DNA of 64,000 nucleotides, from contig NC_057719.1 in the NCBI RefSeq assembly GCF_004010195.1, positions 42,869,925 through 42,933,924 of the forward strand, in the 5' to 3' direction. The position numbers were made by a program, and so were the translations under genes. The stretch's first letter is position 1. Every line of letters begins with the position of its first letter. The DNA comes from Chiloscyllium plagiosum (Eukaryota). This document shows, piece by piece, positions 37,401 to 51,374 of the stretch. Below the pieces are notes generated by a model. It was not told where the DNA came from. It saw only the letters and a list, made by a program, of their open reading frames with translations, and did no database searches.

Positions 37401-40129
37401 TGCTCCTCTATCTGTTTGTATTTATTAGGGTTATTGTTGAAGGACAGAAAATTTGGGATTCCAAAGCTTTTTAAGTTAATAATCCATACAAGAAGGGCAC
37501 AGGGGACCCAATACTTGATTTATCAGCACCCATTGCTTTAAGTGCGCAAGAAAGAAACTTTGTGCAGCGTGCCAATGTCAATAGTTGCAGCATTTAAGCC
37601 AGCACTAACAGTGCTGTTAAGTTGCTGCATGCTTCAGCCAAGAATGCAAAGTCTTGACAGGCTAACATCCTTATCAAAATGGGGTCCAATGTTGGAGCCC
37701 TCCAATATGTGTTAACCTTTACTATTTAAAGGTAGCCTGGACTCCTTAAAATCTCACAGCTCATGACTATAACACTTCCTGTAGCCTTCTGCAACCTGAA
37801 ACAACTTTGGTAAACATCAAACCCTTCTACAATTACATCACGAGCCAGTAGAAATCAATGAGCAAGTAATTTATAAGTTGCTAATGACCCCTTAAAGTAG
37901 TGCTGGTGAAGACTCTTGCTTTTGAATGTATGTTCTGCTTTGCAAGGCTAAAGAGAGTGCAATAGCTGGAGATTTGAGTTCCAGAATGGCAGTCAAATGG
38001 TTAATATGCCATTTCTGCATTCTTCTAGGAAATGAACCCTGCATACCCACTTAACATCCTTACCAAAATAGGGTCCAATGTTGAAGCCCTCCAATATGGT
38101 TTTCACTCCTATCATAAGACCAAAATGGCCCTTAATTAAAATCAAAAGAGACATCCTGTGAGAGCATGCCATCCTTATTAAATGTTTCTCACTATTGTCC
38201 AGTGGGTCAGACAAAAGTCAATTGATTTCTCAGGTATTTATTTGATCATAACCAGAGAATCCCCGCAAGGTCTCCTTTTCCAGCTAAAACACTATTATTT
38301 CTTTTGTGCCTGTGGATTTATCAATGGCTCTCTCTCACTTCTCACCTGTTATAACCCTCATCAATATTATCTAATATTAATTCTCACATGCATGCTGATG
38401 ATACCAACTCTACCTCACCACCAATGTTCCTTATCAGTTGTCTTGCTGCTGTACAGACCCTGACTTCTATGTATGATGGCAGCTTCCAGAAGCAGTACAA
38501 TACATTGGCATACAGGTTGACAAGCACAGAGCTTACCAGCAGCTTGCCACATAGCCACGCAGTTTAGAGACAATGTTGCTCAGCATTACCACTCTCAACT
38601 CCTTCACCGTTTCTAAGTTGTCACTCTTATTACGATCTAAGAGATCATGAATGTTTAAACAGAAATCTGAACACCCGGCAATCAACAAAGAGAATTTCGC
38701 CACAAGATTTCACATTTTCAACCAAAAACAAACTTTATTGTATACAAGAAGAATTAAGCAAAGCAAGTATAACCATTTACAAATGCTGATATTCCTAACA
38801 CTTCCCGAGCAAAATTCAAAGCTAACATTTTACCCAGAATCAGCATAGATTTCTTTGCAATTGTCCACAGATGTGAACATCGTGAATTGTCTTCCCAGTA
38901 AACCAAGCTTGGCCTCAGTGTCCCCACAGAAACCGAGCCACTCAGGCTTGTTTTCAAGCAGGATTTGGAGCATGATCCCTTTCACTAATCTATAAATTAG
39001 AAACAGTGCTAAATTGTAGCAAACTTATAAGCTTCATATTTGTTACAGTTTAATTTGTTAAAGACATATTATAAATACAAATTATAATTGTTGGTTCAAG
39101 AGTCTGAGCCAGTCATCTGCAGTTAGCATTAGTCCTGCTAAATCTGATAACCATAGGTCTATACTTGTCTTTACATCCAAAATCTAAAACAGGGGTCGAG
39201 ACTTAGCTCCAAAACACAAACTCCCTCTCCTACCTTCCCCCCCCCCACCGCCTTCCCCACCGCCACCGAGAACTCTTACACAGTACATTTGCCTCCATAC
39301 CTTCACAGGAACTAACCTGTACACTCATTTAACACTAAGCCAACCCAATTTTTCAAAGAGCTAACTGAAGAGCTTCATTGGGAAACCTGGCTGGTGCCCA
39401 CAGCTCACTGCTTTCATGGAAATAGAGTTCAAACCCAATTGGAAGGGTGTACTCGGCCAACACCTCCCCAGTGCATGTTCCAGGTAAAACCAAACACTCA
39501 GCTATTGATTTGAAATGTGTGACATCTTGACTTGGGTATTCAGTTGGTTAAATACTAGATCAAAGGTAAAAGATTCAGGTCAGATTTTTACAGAGGAGAC
39601 AGGGAGGTTGAATGTAGAAACTTACTGATGTGGCAGACCTGGTTCCTTTAAAACACCCCATCCAATGTATTGTTTTTTTCTGGTGAGACAAAGGCAGATG
39701 GAGTTGGGCCAAGTGCCACTGGAGACAGTTTGGAGAAGGCCATGGAGATGTTCAAGTGCTGCAATTGGATTTTTGTAAGACCCATCTGAATGATGCTTGG
39801 ACCCAGGAATATTTCAGCCTGTTAGACCTTCTGGTCCTCACTCCCCATATCCCATTTCTTCCTACCCATTGCAAATGAATGCAGCATATCTCCCAAAAGA
39901 CCTCAAATCTCCTATCCCCTCTATAACCTCATGCCCTATCCATCCTGCCTCATATCCCCAGACTCCCTTCATCCCCATGCCTCCTGATGTTTCCCAGGCT
40001 AACATTATGTCCCCTCATATCCCCACATACCCACCATCCATTTGCATAGGCCTTCCATAATCCCATTAACCCACATCTTCAATGCTCACTCATTCAATAT
40101 GCACAATGTACAGTTAGTTAGTTATGTTA

Positions 40130-40282
40130 GTTAAAAATCACCATATGTTAGTTAAAAATCGCACAACACCCCGTTATAGTCCAACAGGTTTATTTAGGAG
40201 CTAGTATTTGAATTATAACCGGGTGTTGTGCGATTTTCAACTTTGTCCACCCCAGTCCAACACCAACACCTCCGCATCATGG
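40130..40282. mobile_element. Internally deleted fold-back family B element
   Basis: gttaaaaatcgcacaacaccccgttatag / ttataaccgggtgttgtgcgattttcaac. Confidence 0.72.
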
Positions 40283-41099
40283 CTATATAATAGTGGCATC
40301 TCTTTCAAGGACTAATTAATAATGGGTGGGTGAAATTTTCCTCTCCCTCCTGTTGATTTAGTCATAATGAAAAAGAATTGAAAAATCAGATTCTTGCCAT
40401 CAAGAGAATGTTTTCAGATTTACCCATAAAGCCTTAAGTGAGGACTGCGGAATCTCACTGTTCAGTGACAACTTGTTTTATTTACATTGTCACCTCCCGT
40501 TCTTCTCACCTGCACTGTGAAACTAGATGATGCAAATTCCCAATAAGTAACCATGATGCCTGGTAGCTTCAGCTCAATGAATGCTTTTGCCAACCGTAAA
40601 ACAAGTAATTCTGCACATCTCCCTGCAGGATCCAAGGGCACCATCCTCCTCCACTCTTCTTTCACGTGGGTCAGCATCAACAAACTGCCAGGCTCACCAC
40701 CACATCTTGCCTGATCTCAGACCAACTCTCACTCCACTTTAGGGCTTCAACATTTTCTTTAGAGCTCAGGGACATCTATAATTATTTTACTTCGATATGA
40801 ACAGAGATACATGTGAGCAAAAAGCAAAAGTAGGCCTTTCAGCCCTTTCGGTCTACTCCACCATTCTGTCATAATTGTAATCTCAAATCCGCCTCATGGC
40901 CTACTTCAAATCACCTTTCAGCAAATTGCTTAAGAGTCTATCCATCTCTGCCTTCAAAATATTCAAGGACTCTGCATCCATCACCATTTCAGGAAGACAG
41001 TTTCAAAGACTCATGAGTTTCTGAGAGAAAATAATTCACCAAATCTCTGTTTTAAATAAGTGACCCTCAGTAATCCTTAGCTTTAAATTCTCCCTTCTG

Positions 41100-42420
41100 A
41101 TTTGAGATTTAATTTGATTTATTGTTGTCACATGTACTTAAGTACAGTGAAAAGGTTTGTTTTGCGAACAGTACAGGCAGATCCTAGCAAACAAGGGTAT
41201 ACAGATCATAGGCACTGGGACAGTGTGAGGCATACAAGGTTACAGCTGCACAGGAGGCACCCAAATCAAGATCAACATTAGGTTTGATATTAGAGAGGTC
41301 CATTCAGCAATCTAATAACAGCAGGGAAAAAGATGTTCTTAAACTTGTTGGTGCATGCATTCAAGTTTGTGTATCTTCTGCCTGACAGAAGAGGTTGGAA
41401 GAGAGCATTACCGGGGTGGGAGGGTGTTTGCAAATGTTGGTAGTTTTTCGTGGCAATGAGCTGTGTAAATGGAGTCCATGGTTGAGAGGTTGGCTTCCAT
41501 GATGCTCTGGGCTGTGCACTCAACTTTCTGTACTTTCTTACGGTCCTGGGCAGAGCAGTTGCTGTACCAGGGCATTCTGCACCCGGATTGAATGCTTTCT
41601 ATGATGCATTTGTAAAAGTTGGTGAGGGTCCTTATGGACATGCCACTATTTCTCATCTGCCTGAGGAAGAAGAGGCTTTGTTGTACTTTTTTGATTGTCA
41701 CATCTACATGTGAAATCTAGGACAGATTGTCGATTATCTTAGGAACTTGACGCTCTCGACCCTCTCCACCTCTCCACCTCTGCTCTGTTGATGTTGATGG
41801 GGTGTGTCCTCCTCCTTGCTTCCTGAAGTCAATGATCAGTTCTTTTGTTTTGTTGATATTGAGAGAGAGAGATTATTACCATTGCACCATGACACCAAGC
41901 ATTCTATCTCCTTCCTTATTTTGACTCATCGTTGTTTAATATCCGGCCTGCAATGGTAGTGTCGTAGCCATTGTAGATGGCACTCAGACAGGATTTGGCT
42001 ACACTGTTGTGGATGTACAGGGAGTACAATAGGAGTCTAAGTATGCATCCTTGTGGGGCTTCAGTGTTGAGTATTATCGCACAGAAGATGCAGTTGTCTA
42101 TCTTCACTGGTTGCGGTCTGTGGGTAAGGAAGCTGAGGATCCAGTTGTCAAGGGCGGAGCTGAGACCTAGGTCTCAGAATTTTGAGATCAGTCTGGAGAG
42201 GATAATTGTGTTGAAGGCAGAGCTGTAGACAATGAGTAGGAGCCTGATGTAGGTGTCCTTCTTATCCAGATGTTCCAGAGATGAGTGCAGGTCGGGGGAA
42301 ATGGTGTTTGCTATGGACCTGTTACGTCAGTCGGCAAATTGTCGGGGATCCAGTTAGACTGGGAGGCTAGAGCTGCTGTGGGCCATGACTAACCTCTCAA
42401 AGCACTTTATGATTATGGAG
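41100..42420 (-). mobile_element. Rex1/Babar-like non-LTR retrotransposon RT fragment
   Basis: TEAPQGCILRLLLYSLY, KKVQQSLFFLRQMRNSGMSIRTLTNFYKCIIESI and SHPGNALFQPLLSGRRY peptides; multiple frameshifts. Confidence 0.82.
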
Positions 42421-43419
42421 AGAGAAACATCCTCTTCATATCTACCTTGACAGGACCCCTCAGAATCTTGTATGTTTCAATCAAATAACCTGTTGGTCTT
42501 CCAAACTCCAGCAGTCACAATCCTAGTCTGCCCAACATTCTCACGTAAGAAAGCACTCACCCCACACCCCCATTTCAGGTACTGGTCGAGCAAACCTGTG
42601 AACTGCCCCAATTCATCTATAACTTTCCTTAAAAAAAGATAATCAATACTTAACACAGCTCTTGAGATCCAGTCTCACAAGTGCCCTGTATAACTGAAGT
42701 ATAACCTTTCCACTTACTTTTGCAACGTTGTAACATTCCATTAGCTTTCCTAATTACTTGCTGGATGTACATACAAACCTTTTGTAATTCACTCACAAAG
42801 GCACTCAGGTCGATTTGCATTTCAGAGCTCTACAATTTCTCACCCATTTAGATAATACACTTGTTTTATTTTTCCTGCCAGAATGGACAACTTCACATTT
42901 TCCCACCTATTTACCTGATCTTTGCCTCCTCTTTTAATCTATCTATATCTTTTGGTTTGTCTGGTTCTGTCTTCACAACCTTCCTATATAAATTTATGCC
43001 ATCACCAACTTTGGCAATCACAGTTGAGTTCCCAACACTGATCACTATGGCACACTATTCATTACATCTTTCCAATCTGAAAAAGATCTATTTATGCTGA
43101 ATTTCTGCTTTCTGTTAATAACAAACTTGTAACCATGCCAATACACTACCTCCTATACCACAAGTGTTTAGTTTCTGCAATAATCTTTTGATGAGAAACT
43201 TGTCAAATGCCTTCTAGAAATCTAAGTACAATAAATCACCCCTTTATTCACAGCATGTTATCTTCTCAAAGAGCTCCAGTACACTGGTCAAACATGATTT
43301 CACTTTCACATAACCATGTTGACTTTGCCTGATTACCTTAAATATACCCAAGTGCTCTGCTAAAACTTTTAAAATAATAGTTTTAAACATTTTCCCTGGA
43401 TGTTAAGCCAACTAGCTTA

Positions 43420-43568
43420 CAGTTTCCTACTAGCAGAGGTGGGTACTGCAGATGCTGGAGATTAGAGTCAAGATTAGAGTGGTACTGGAAATGCACAGTT
43501 CAAGCAGCATCCGGGAGCAGGAAAATCGATGTTTCGGACAAAAGCCCTTCATCATGCAGTTTCCTACT
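43420..43568 (-). mobile_element. Family A element with 12-bp TSD
   Basis: cagtttcctact at 43420-43431 and 43557-43568. Confidence 0.8.
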
Positions 43569-44479
43569 GTCTGTTTCCTTCCTTTTCAAATAAAAGTGTT
43601 ATATTTACTGGCTTCCTATCTAATGGGATCATCCCAGAATCAGGAATTTTGGAAAATTAAAAATAATGCATCAAATATCTCACTAGTCACTTCTAATTAG
43701 ACCCTAGGATGAAGTCCATTTGGACCCAGGCACCTGCAAACATTCAACTCCAGCAACTTATTCCGTACCAATCCTCTGGCGATTATGATTTCCCTATGCT
43801 CTTCCCTCCCGATTTTCACTTCCTGACTTATTACTGACTCTGGGATTATACTGATACGCTTCCTAGTGAAGATTGATGCAAAATAATTATTCAATTCCTT
43901 TATTCTTCAATCTCATTTTCTCTCTGACTAATACTCATTTTATTAACTCTCCTTTAAATATTTATAAAATATCTTAGTTGACTTTATATTTATAGCTGGC
44001 TTTCTTTCATACTCTAATTTTCACTTCTTATTAGTTTTTTGATCATTTTTTGCTGTTTTTTATATTCTATCTAATCTTTTCACCTGACACATGTCTTTGC
44101 ACAGTTAAATGCTTTTTCTTTTCATTTGATTATTATTAGTAGTAATAATGTTTTACTTCATTTTTAAATTCTAGTTTTATCTGGTTGTTTATTCTTAGAT
44201 TCATACTCTCTATCCATTCTTGTTGCAGTTTGTGATTTCCTATATTTAATGTCTTTCTCTTTGACCTTGAGTCGAATCTTTGATTTATCACATTTCCCCA
44301 AATTTAATTCCTTGCCCCCACAATTTAGTTTTAAATCCTCTATAGTTCCCTATTTTGCATTTGGCAAGAACACTGCTTCCAGCACCATTCAGGTGGAGAT
44401 GTTCCATCTGGATAGTTCCACTTTTCTCAGTACCAGTACCCCTCAGTCTGGTATCCACTTCTCCACAGCAGTCTCAGAG

Positions 44480-44621
44480 CCATGCATTCCTGATGAAGGG
44501 CTTATGCCCGAAACGCCAATTCTCCTGATCCTCAGATGCTGCCTGACCTGCTGTGCTTTTCCAGCACCACACTCTCGACACTGACCTCCAGCATCTGCAG
44601 TCCCTACTTTCTCCATGCATT
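44480..44621 (+). mobile_element. Family A element with 9-bp TSD and hammerhead motif
   Basis: ccatgcatt at both ends; CTGATGA-A-GGGC-ttat-GCCC-GAAAC at 44490-44514, with the cleavage-site U mutated. Confidence 0.8.
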
Positions 44622-45609
44622 TCTCTGTATAATATGACTTGCCTTTGTCGATTTGCACACAAGACTGGTAATGATGCAGAGATTGACCTTTGAGGTTCTT
44701 CTTCTTAATTTGGCACCTAGTTCTTCATTCTAATTTTGCAGAACTTCCCTCTTTGCCCTGTTGATGTCTTTGATGCTTACATGGATGATGATATCTGAGT
44801 CCTCCCATCCCATCATAAGTTGTTCACTAGCCCTGAAAAGGTATCCTGAACCCTGCTACCAAACAGAATATACAGCCTTTGGACTCATCTCTTTGCTGCA
44901 GAGGATGGTGCCAATCCCCTTCACTACACTGCCCGCTACTAACACCACATTTTTCTTACAATCCCCTATGGTTGAATGGCTTCCTGTACCTACAGTGCCA
45001 TGTTCAGTTAGCTTATAAACCTTGCCGCTCTCACTCTCATCTAGACAAACTGAAAGAACCCTAAATGTGTTGGACAATTGCAAAGGCTGAGGCTCCAGCA
45101 CTCTGGATCTCCTCAGCTCGCTCACTCACAGTCATAGATTTCTGGTCCCTGAACATGAACTAAATCAGGCAAACCAAACCTAAGAGGTATGAATGCCTCC
45201 TGGTACAAAGATTCCAGGTAACTATCCCTCTCCCTGATAAGCATAGTGTCTGTAGTTAAGCCTCCAGCTCACAAACTCTGAGCTGAAGCTGTTTGAACTT
45301 CAACACTTGCTCTAGACAATTTTGCGCTGACCAAGCCATCATCCAAGAACTTCCGCATACTGCAACATCACCTTCCCTGCCATTCTTAATGCATTTTCTT
45401 TAATTACTTAGTTGTGTAATTCACCTATATATGTTGCTTTATATAATATTCTTGCCTTACCATCAACTTATATCCTGTGTTAAAACTTAAAAGACCTTAA
45501 GCACCTTCAAAATCCATGAACATTTCCATCTAGAGGGACAAGGGCAGTAGATACATAGGAACACCATCACCCACAAGTTTCTCTCTAAGTCACGCATCAT
45601 CCTGACTTG

Positions 45610-45830
45610 CCATGATGTGGAGGTGCCACTGTTGGACTGGAGTGGACAAAGTCAGAAGTCACACAACATCAGGTTATAGTCCAACACTTTTATTTAACAT
45701 CACAAGCTGTTGAAGCGCTGTTACTTGGTCAGCTGGAGTATCTACCTGACGAATGAGCATCACTCCAAAAGCTTGTGATTTTAAATAAACCTGTTGGACT
45801 ATAACCTAGTGTCATGTAATTTCTGACTTC
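45610..45830. mobile_element. Older fold-back family B element
   Basis: aagtcagaagtcacacaacatcaggttatagtccaaca / tgttggactataacctagtgtcatgtaatttctgactt. Confidence 0.72.
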
Positions 45831-46059
45831 ATCCTGACTTGGGAATATATTGCCATTCTTTCAGTGTTACTGAGTCAAAATCCTGGAACTCCCTCCCTCC
45901 CAAACAGCACCATCAATGTCCCTGCACCAAATGGACTGCAGCAGTACAAGAAGGCAGCTCACCATTGCTTTCACCATGGCAACTAGGAACAGGTAATAAA
46001 TACTGACCCACATCCATTGAATGAATAAAACAAAACTTTCAGAGACTCACCAACAGCTG

Positions 46060-47040
46060 GCTGCTTTCTTTGGAATAGCATATGGACCAACTTTTCAATT
46101 TATATGTTGACAACCTAGATGAAGGAGCTGAGGGCATTCTGGCTAAGTTTGCAGATGATACAAAGATTGGTAGAGGGGGACAGATAGCATTGAGGAGGTG
46201 GGGAGGCTGCACAAGGATTTGGACAGGTTGGGAGAGTGGGCAAAGTGGCAGATGAAGTACAATGTGGGAAAGTGTGAGATCTTGCACTTTGGTAGGAAGA
46301 ATAAAGGCACAGACTATTTTCTAAATGGGAAGAAAATTCAATGTAAAGAAGCTTGGGAGTTCTCGTCCAGGATTCTCTCATAAACTTGCAGGCTGAGTCA
46401 GTAGCTAGGAAGGCAAATGCAATGTTGGCATTTTTTTATGAGAGGACTCGAACATAAAAGCAGGCATGTACTTCTGAGGGTCTATAAATCTCTGGTCAGA
46501 CCACATTTGGAATATTGTGTGTAGTCTTTGGCCATTATCTCAGGAAGGATGTACTGGCCCTGGAGCGTGTTCAGAGGAGGTTCACGAGAATGTTTCCAGG
46601 AATGAAAAGTTTAACATATGAGGAACGTTTGAGGACTCTGGGTTCATTCTCAATGGAGTTTAGAAGGATAAGGGAGGGATACAATTGAAAATTACAGAAA
46701 ACTGAATGGCCTGGACAGAGTAGATATTTGGAAGTTGTTTCTATTGGTAGGAGAGACTAGAACCCAGGGGCACAATCTTAGAGTAAAGGGAAGACCTTTC
46801 AGAACGGAGCTAAGGAAAACTTCTCCATCTATAGAATTCATTGCTACAGACAGCTGTGGAGGCCAAGTCGTTGAGTATGTTTAAGACAGAGATAGATAGG
46901 TTCTTGAGTATCAAGGGGATTAAAGGTTACAGGGAGAAAGCAGGAGAATGGGGTTGAGAAACTGATCAGCCATGATTGAATGGTGGAGTAGACTCAATGG
47001 ACTTAATGGCCTAATTTCTAATCCTATGTCTTATGGTCTT
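46060..47040 (+). mobile_element. CR1 LINE 3' ~1 kb
   Basis: KFADDTK, LHKDLDRLGEWAKWQMKYNVGKCEILHFGRKN, tail cctatgtcttatggtctt. Confidence 0.9.
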
Positions 47041-47049
47041 AAGTCCAAT

Positions 47050-48900
47050 TAGTTAGAATGAATGTGCCAGATCAATTGGAAGACTTGGGGGTTCATCCCT
47101 GGTTGCTCATGGGCCAAAAGGGTACAGACTTGCTTGGAGTACCCTGTCCACATGCAGGGCTCACACTCCTCAGCTTAGACTGGTGCTGGCTTTGGGATCA
47201 CAGGCTGGGGGAAAAGTCAGGTTCCTGTGGAATGTCTTCAGAAGAAGCTTTGTGGGGGTGCCTTTGTCCACTGCCCTGGAGTAAAGGCACTGGAGTAAGG
47301 TCAACTTCCCTCTGCCTCCTATTGTCTTGCCACTGCTGTAGCTGCAGTGATAGTGTGCAAGTCTGTGCATGTATCTGACAGACACTAAGTTTTGGGTCTG
47401 GCTCTTCATGGTGCTCACTGAACTGTCCAGGAAGGCAGCCAAGCATATGCTTCCACAGCCAGCTCTCCATCATGTATCCAGTTTACAGAACATCTCTGAC
47501 AAACCTGCTCTCAGTTCCTATGCATGTCTGTGCATTTGGCAAAGTCATCCATAGCTGAGACCAGGTGCCCATACTTTGCCTTGTGCTAGGCAGATGCCTG
47601 GTCTCCAGAAGGCTGAGTGTCAGCAGCAGGCAGCACTTCTTCCTCAGCCAACTGTGGAGGTGCAACAATGAGGCATTCACCAGACTGTGGCCCGATGTCT
47701 AATCTGTCAGAGTACCATTGTGGTGAAAGTCTCTGAGCTGGTGAATGGTGTGGATGAAATCTTTGCGCGTGCATTCCCTGAGGCTTCACTGGCTTCCTCC
47801 TCAGGGGTGGCGATGGCATTAATGATCTGTGGCTCTGGCCACTTTGTAAAGTTTTGCTGGGTGCATTAAGTCTTATGTAGGCTACAGTGGTAATGGGAGA
47901 ACAGTACAGCACAATGATCCTTATTGGGTTGATTACCCAGTGAGGCCTCCCTGTCCCCTCAGCTCCTGATGAGGGAGCAGCGCTCCGAAAGCTATTGCTT
48001 CCAAATAAACCTGTTGAACTATAACCTGGTGTTGTGTGATTTTTAACTTTGTCCAGCCCAGTTAACACCAGCTCCTCAACATCATGTCCCCACGTGAGTT
48101 GTCCTGTTCTCCTCTGACCAGATGAATGATTTTCTCTTGGTAAAGAATGAAGAACCTGATGTCCTGCCCCTCCCTATCCTTCCCCACTACCTCGCCCCCT
48201 CATTGCCCTCCCAGTTGTTGAAGAATTTCTCCTGCAATGACACAAATGGAGGGATTGAGAATGATGGAAATGGATGGAATAGCAATTAATGTAGATGCAT
48301 GAGCAGGAGAGATGATCAGGTGTTCCCAGTGAGTAAGTAGGAAGCACAGTGAGCACAAATGGGTAGAACTTGTAGAGGATGGGGTGAGTGGACATGACTC
48401 ATAGAATAATGAGAATTGCCATCCGTGGAGCTTGATAAATTGTATGTTTAATGACAGAGTTAGAGTGAGTGTTGGCCCCGTAAATACTAGGGCATAGATA
48501 GTGGTGCTTATCCTTGCGGATTGCAGAAGGTTATTGACCTTCTTTCTACACTGCTGAGCAGTCTGCTTTAGTTGGGGCACAGCACTGATCCTTGATCTCT
48601 GCCCAGGCTGGTTTGCTCTAGTGGTATGGCCCTCCTGTGGCAGTCACAGGGAAATGGACAGTCCTCCTCTCTACCACTATATCTATGGACACCGTCCCTG
48701 ACTGTGGCACAGAAAGCTCGCTTGTCTTTCTTTAAGGCTATGCCTTCAATGTTTAGTCTCAAGCACCACGGCATAAGGGGCCATTCCTGTGTCTGAAGCA
48801 ATATGCAGCTGCATTTTAAATATGGTTCCAGAGGCACGCAGGCCAGGTGGTCTCACCAGTGGTAAGTCTCAATGCTTCTCTGGCCTCACAGCTCCCCAAG
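47050..48900 (-). mobile_element. Decayed Harbinger-like element, Myb/SANT DNA-binding ORF remnant
   Basis: QTAQQCRKKVNNLLQSAR resembles the Myb/SANT (trihelix) motif of Harbinger accessory proteins. The region is locally GC-richer and frameshifted; no transposase or TIRs identified. Confidence 0.55.
47952..48091 (+). mobile_element. Family B element with hammerhead core and 7-bp TSD
   Basis: tgtcccc at both ends; CTGATGA-G-GGAGC-agc-GCTCC-GAAA-GCTA at 47966-47994. Confidence 0.78.
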
Positions 48901-49205
48901 AAATGTAAACAACAATCCAGTGGCATAATAATTGAGGTAATAAGTGGAGATTTGCATGAGAAAATTCACCCTGAGCCATAGCAGACTGGATGCCATGTTA
49001 TTCTTGCTAAGACACTTTAACTACAAATGGAAAAAATCCACTTGTATTTTCAAATCTCTCCTTTGAAAGTAATTGCTACATTCACAAATCTATAACATTG
49101 CCAGTCAGACACAGTCACTCAGTGTATCAATAATAGAAGGTTTACCTCCTTCATAGCTATTAGCTTTGTCCAAATAAACATATAGACATCTGGTAAACAG
49201 CAATT

Positions 49206-49298
49206 GTATACAGCAATTGTATTAACAGCAATAAATAGCCAGACATCTGGTAAACAGATGTCTGGCTATTTATTGCTGTTAATACAATTGCTGTATAC
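49206..49298. repeat. Perfect 44-bp-arm hairpin
   Basis: Arms 49206-49249 and 49255-49298 are exact reverse complements, with loop gtaaa. Confidence 0.95.
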
Positions 49299-51374
49299 CT
49301 TATTAAAAAGGTTTGACTGATCTCCAAGAATGACTAATGCACTGAACTTAGCAAGGCTTCCATTTCCAAAGGACTGAATTATTAGCTTTCAATGATTGAC
49401 ATCTTTATGAGATTACAATAAGATTTATTTTTCTTGATTTTTCAATTCTTTGTTTGGCCAAGGTTACGAGGTATGATGTGAGGAAACACTTCGGTTATTG
49501 ATAATATGAATAGTTGCGTCCGATTAACACATATAAGTTTGTAAGAATAGCAGTCTTTTCTCAAAGGGGATTTTTGAATTTATTTTTCATGAGCACTTAA
49601 AGGAGTTGCCATTATTGGTAAATACTTCATTGGTTCTGCATGCAAGGCACACTGGGTTAGTGGTACAAAGAGCAATGCGAAAGAGGTATTAGGTCATAGA
49701 AAACATTTGGAAGGGAAATGAGGGACATGGAGGATAAAAGGGATGTCAAAAATATGAGCATATATGGGAACTATGAGGGGAGAGGGGAGTTTGAAGGTGA
49801 CGTGGATGAGGAATGGTAGGCCTGGAAGAGTAAAGGGGATGTGAGGGAGAATGGATAAGACCTCTTAATCTTCTCTGTATAAACATTCCCTATTAGATAC
49901 CATGATTCATGATTCCTTAAAAGAGCTGTGAGCCAGGAATTCTAGAGAAGTTGGTTGAACTCCAAGAAAATTGCAGAGGGTGCAGTGGTATGTGATGCCC
50001 ATCTCCTCCATGGAGCTGAGCAGGTCGTAAGTGCAGACTGCAGATTTGCTACCCATACTCTTTATCCTTCATATGAAGTTGTTAGAAATTGGAATGACGG
50101 TGGTCATTGTGGATTCGGGGCTGGCTACCGTTATAAAAGGCATCCGGAGTCAATTCAACTCATTAAAATGTGGTCCTGGTCTTAGAAAACAGGCTTCTTT
50201 CGCAACTGAACAAGAATTTCCACATTGCTGCAATGGAAAGAGCTTTGAGGGCTGGAAAAATAGATCACTGCTTTATAGATAATGACTTCCTATCCATTTA
50301 TAGTAGTTATAATTTGCCATAGTTACTGAATTCTAAGCATTAAATAGGAGTCTTTTCATTGACATAAAAAGAAAAGCAAATCCTGCTCAAAAAAAGTTGA
50401 AGCATTTCCTGCAGCAATTTTAATAAATCTGAATAGACCATTTAGAAGCCGAGCCAATAGAATCCATATGTCTGTTTGCTGGTGAGTCATGGACAGACTC
50501 TGAAAGTTCAGCATCGCTATTGAAGACATTAAGATGGCTAATACCAAAATCAGTCATTGAAGAAGAGAAAAAAAAGCTGCACTTGGTGTTGTGTGATAAT
50601 TCTGAGATATTGATCTATGAAATATAGGAGTTGGTGTCCCTCTCATTGCTGGAGAGTTTTGCTTCATTTGGTCAATGTGGTTTTCCCCTATGGTGAGAAA
50701 GGAAGAGAGCTAAATCATGGTTGAACTGTTGGTTTCTGACTGAGGTGATTGTGTAAGTTTCATTCCCCGCCACCCCCAACCCCAACCCCCCACCAAGCTT
50801 TAAGTATTGCCTTGCCGGATAATGGAGAGAAAAACTGTGGTGGTGGTTGGGGGGGGATGGGGGAGAGGTTGGGGGTTATCTTGCATTGTTAGAACAGATC
50901 CTGCCCAGTTTTATGTTTTATACTACAGAGCTTGAGAGATTTGTTCAGAATTTTCAGTTTTCATTCAGCCCTCACTAAATCACAATGTCTCATGCTCCAA
51001 ATTGCCAACAGTGACCACAAGTCTCAGTAAGGACATAGGTATAGGAGTAGACTCTTCGGTCCATCACCCACTGTTCCATTTAATCATGGCTGATCTTCTA
51101 TCTCCTTGCCACTAACCTCCATATTCCTTAAAGCCATTAGTTTCCAGAAAGCTTCCACAACCCTCTGGGGTACAGAATTATAAAGATCATGACCCACTAA
51201 TAGAAACATTCCCCTTCATCTCAGTCTTAAATTGGCAACACCTTACTCTGAGATTAAACTCTGTGAAACTAGATTCTCCCACAAAAGGAAACAACCTCTT
51301 CACATGTGAAAGTCCCCTTAGAATCTTGTATGCTTCAAAAAGGCTGCCTCTCATTCTTCTAAACTCCAGTGAGT

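Larger units (their letters stand above)
40815..45400 (-). mobile_element. Old, long CR1 LINE with nested Rex/Babar and family A elements
   Basis: 3' end near 40815; MNNYFASIFT...CLGPNGLHPRV; ORF1-like LQLSNTFRVL...VVLVAGSVVKG. Confidence 0.75.
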
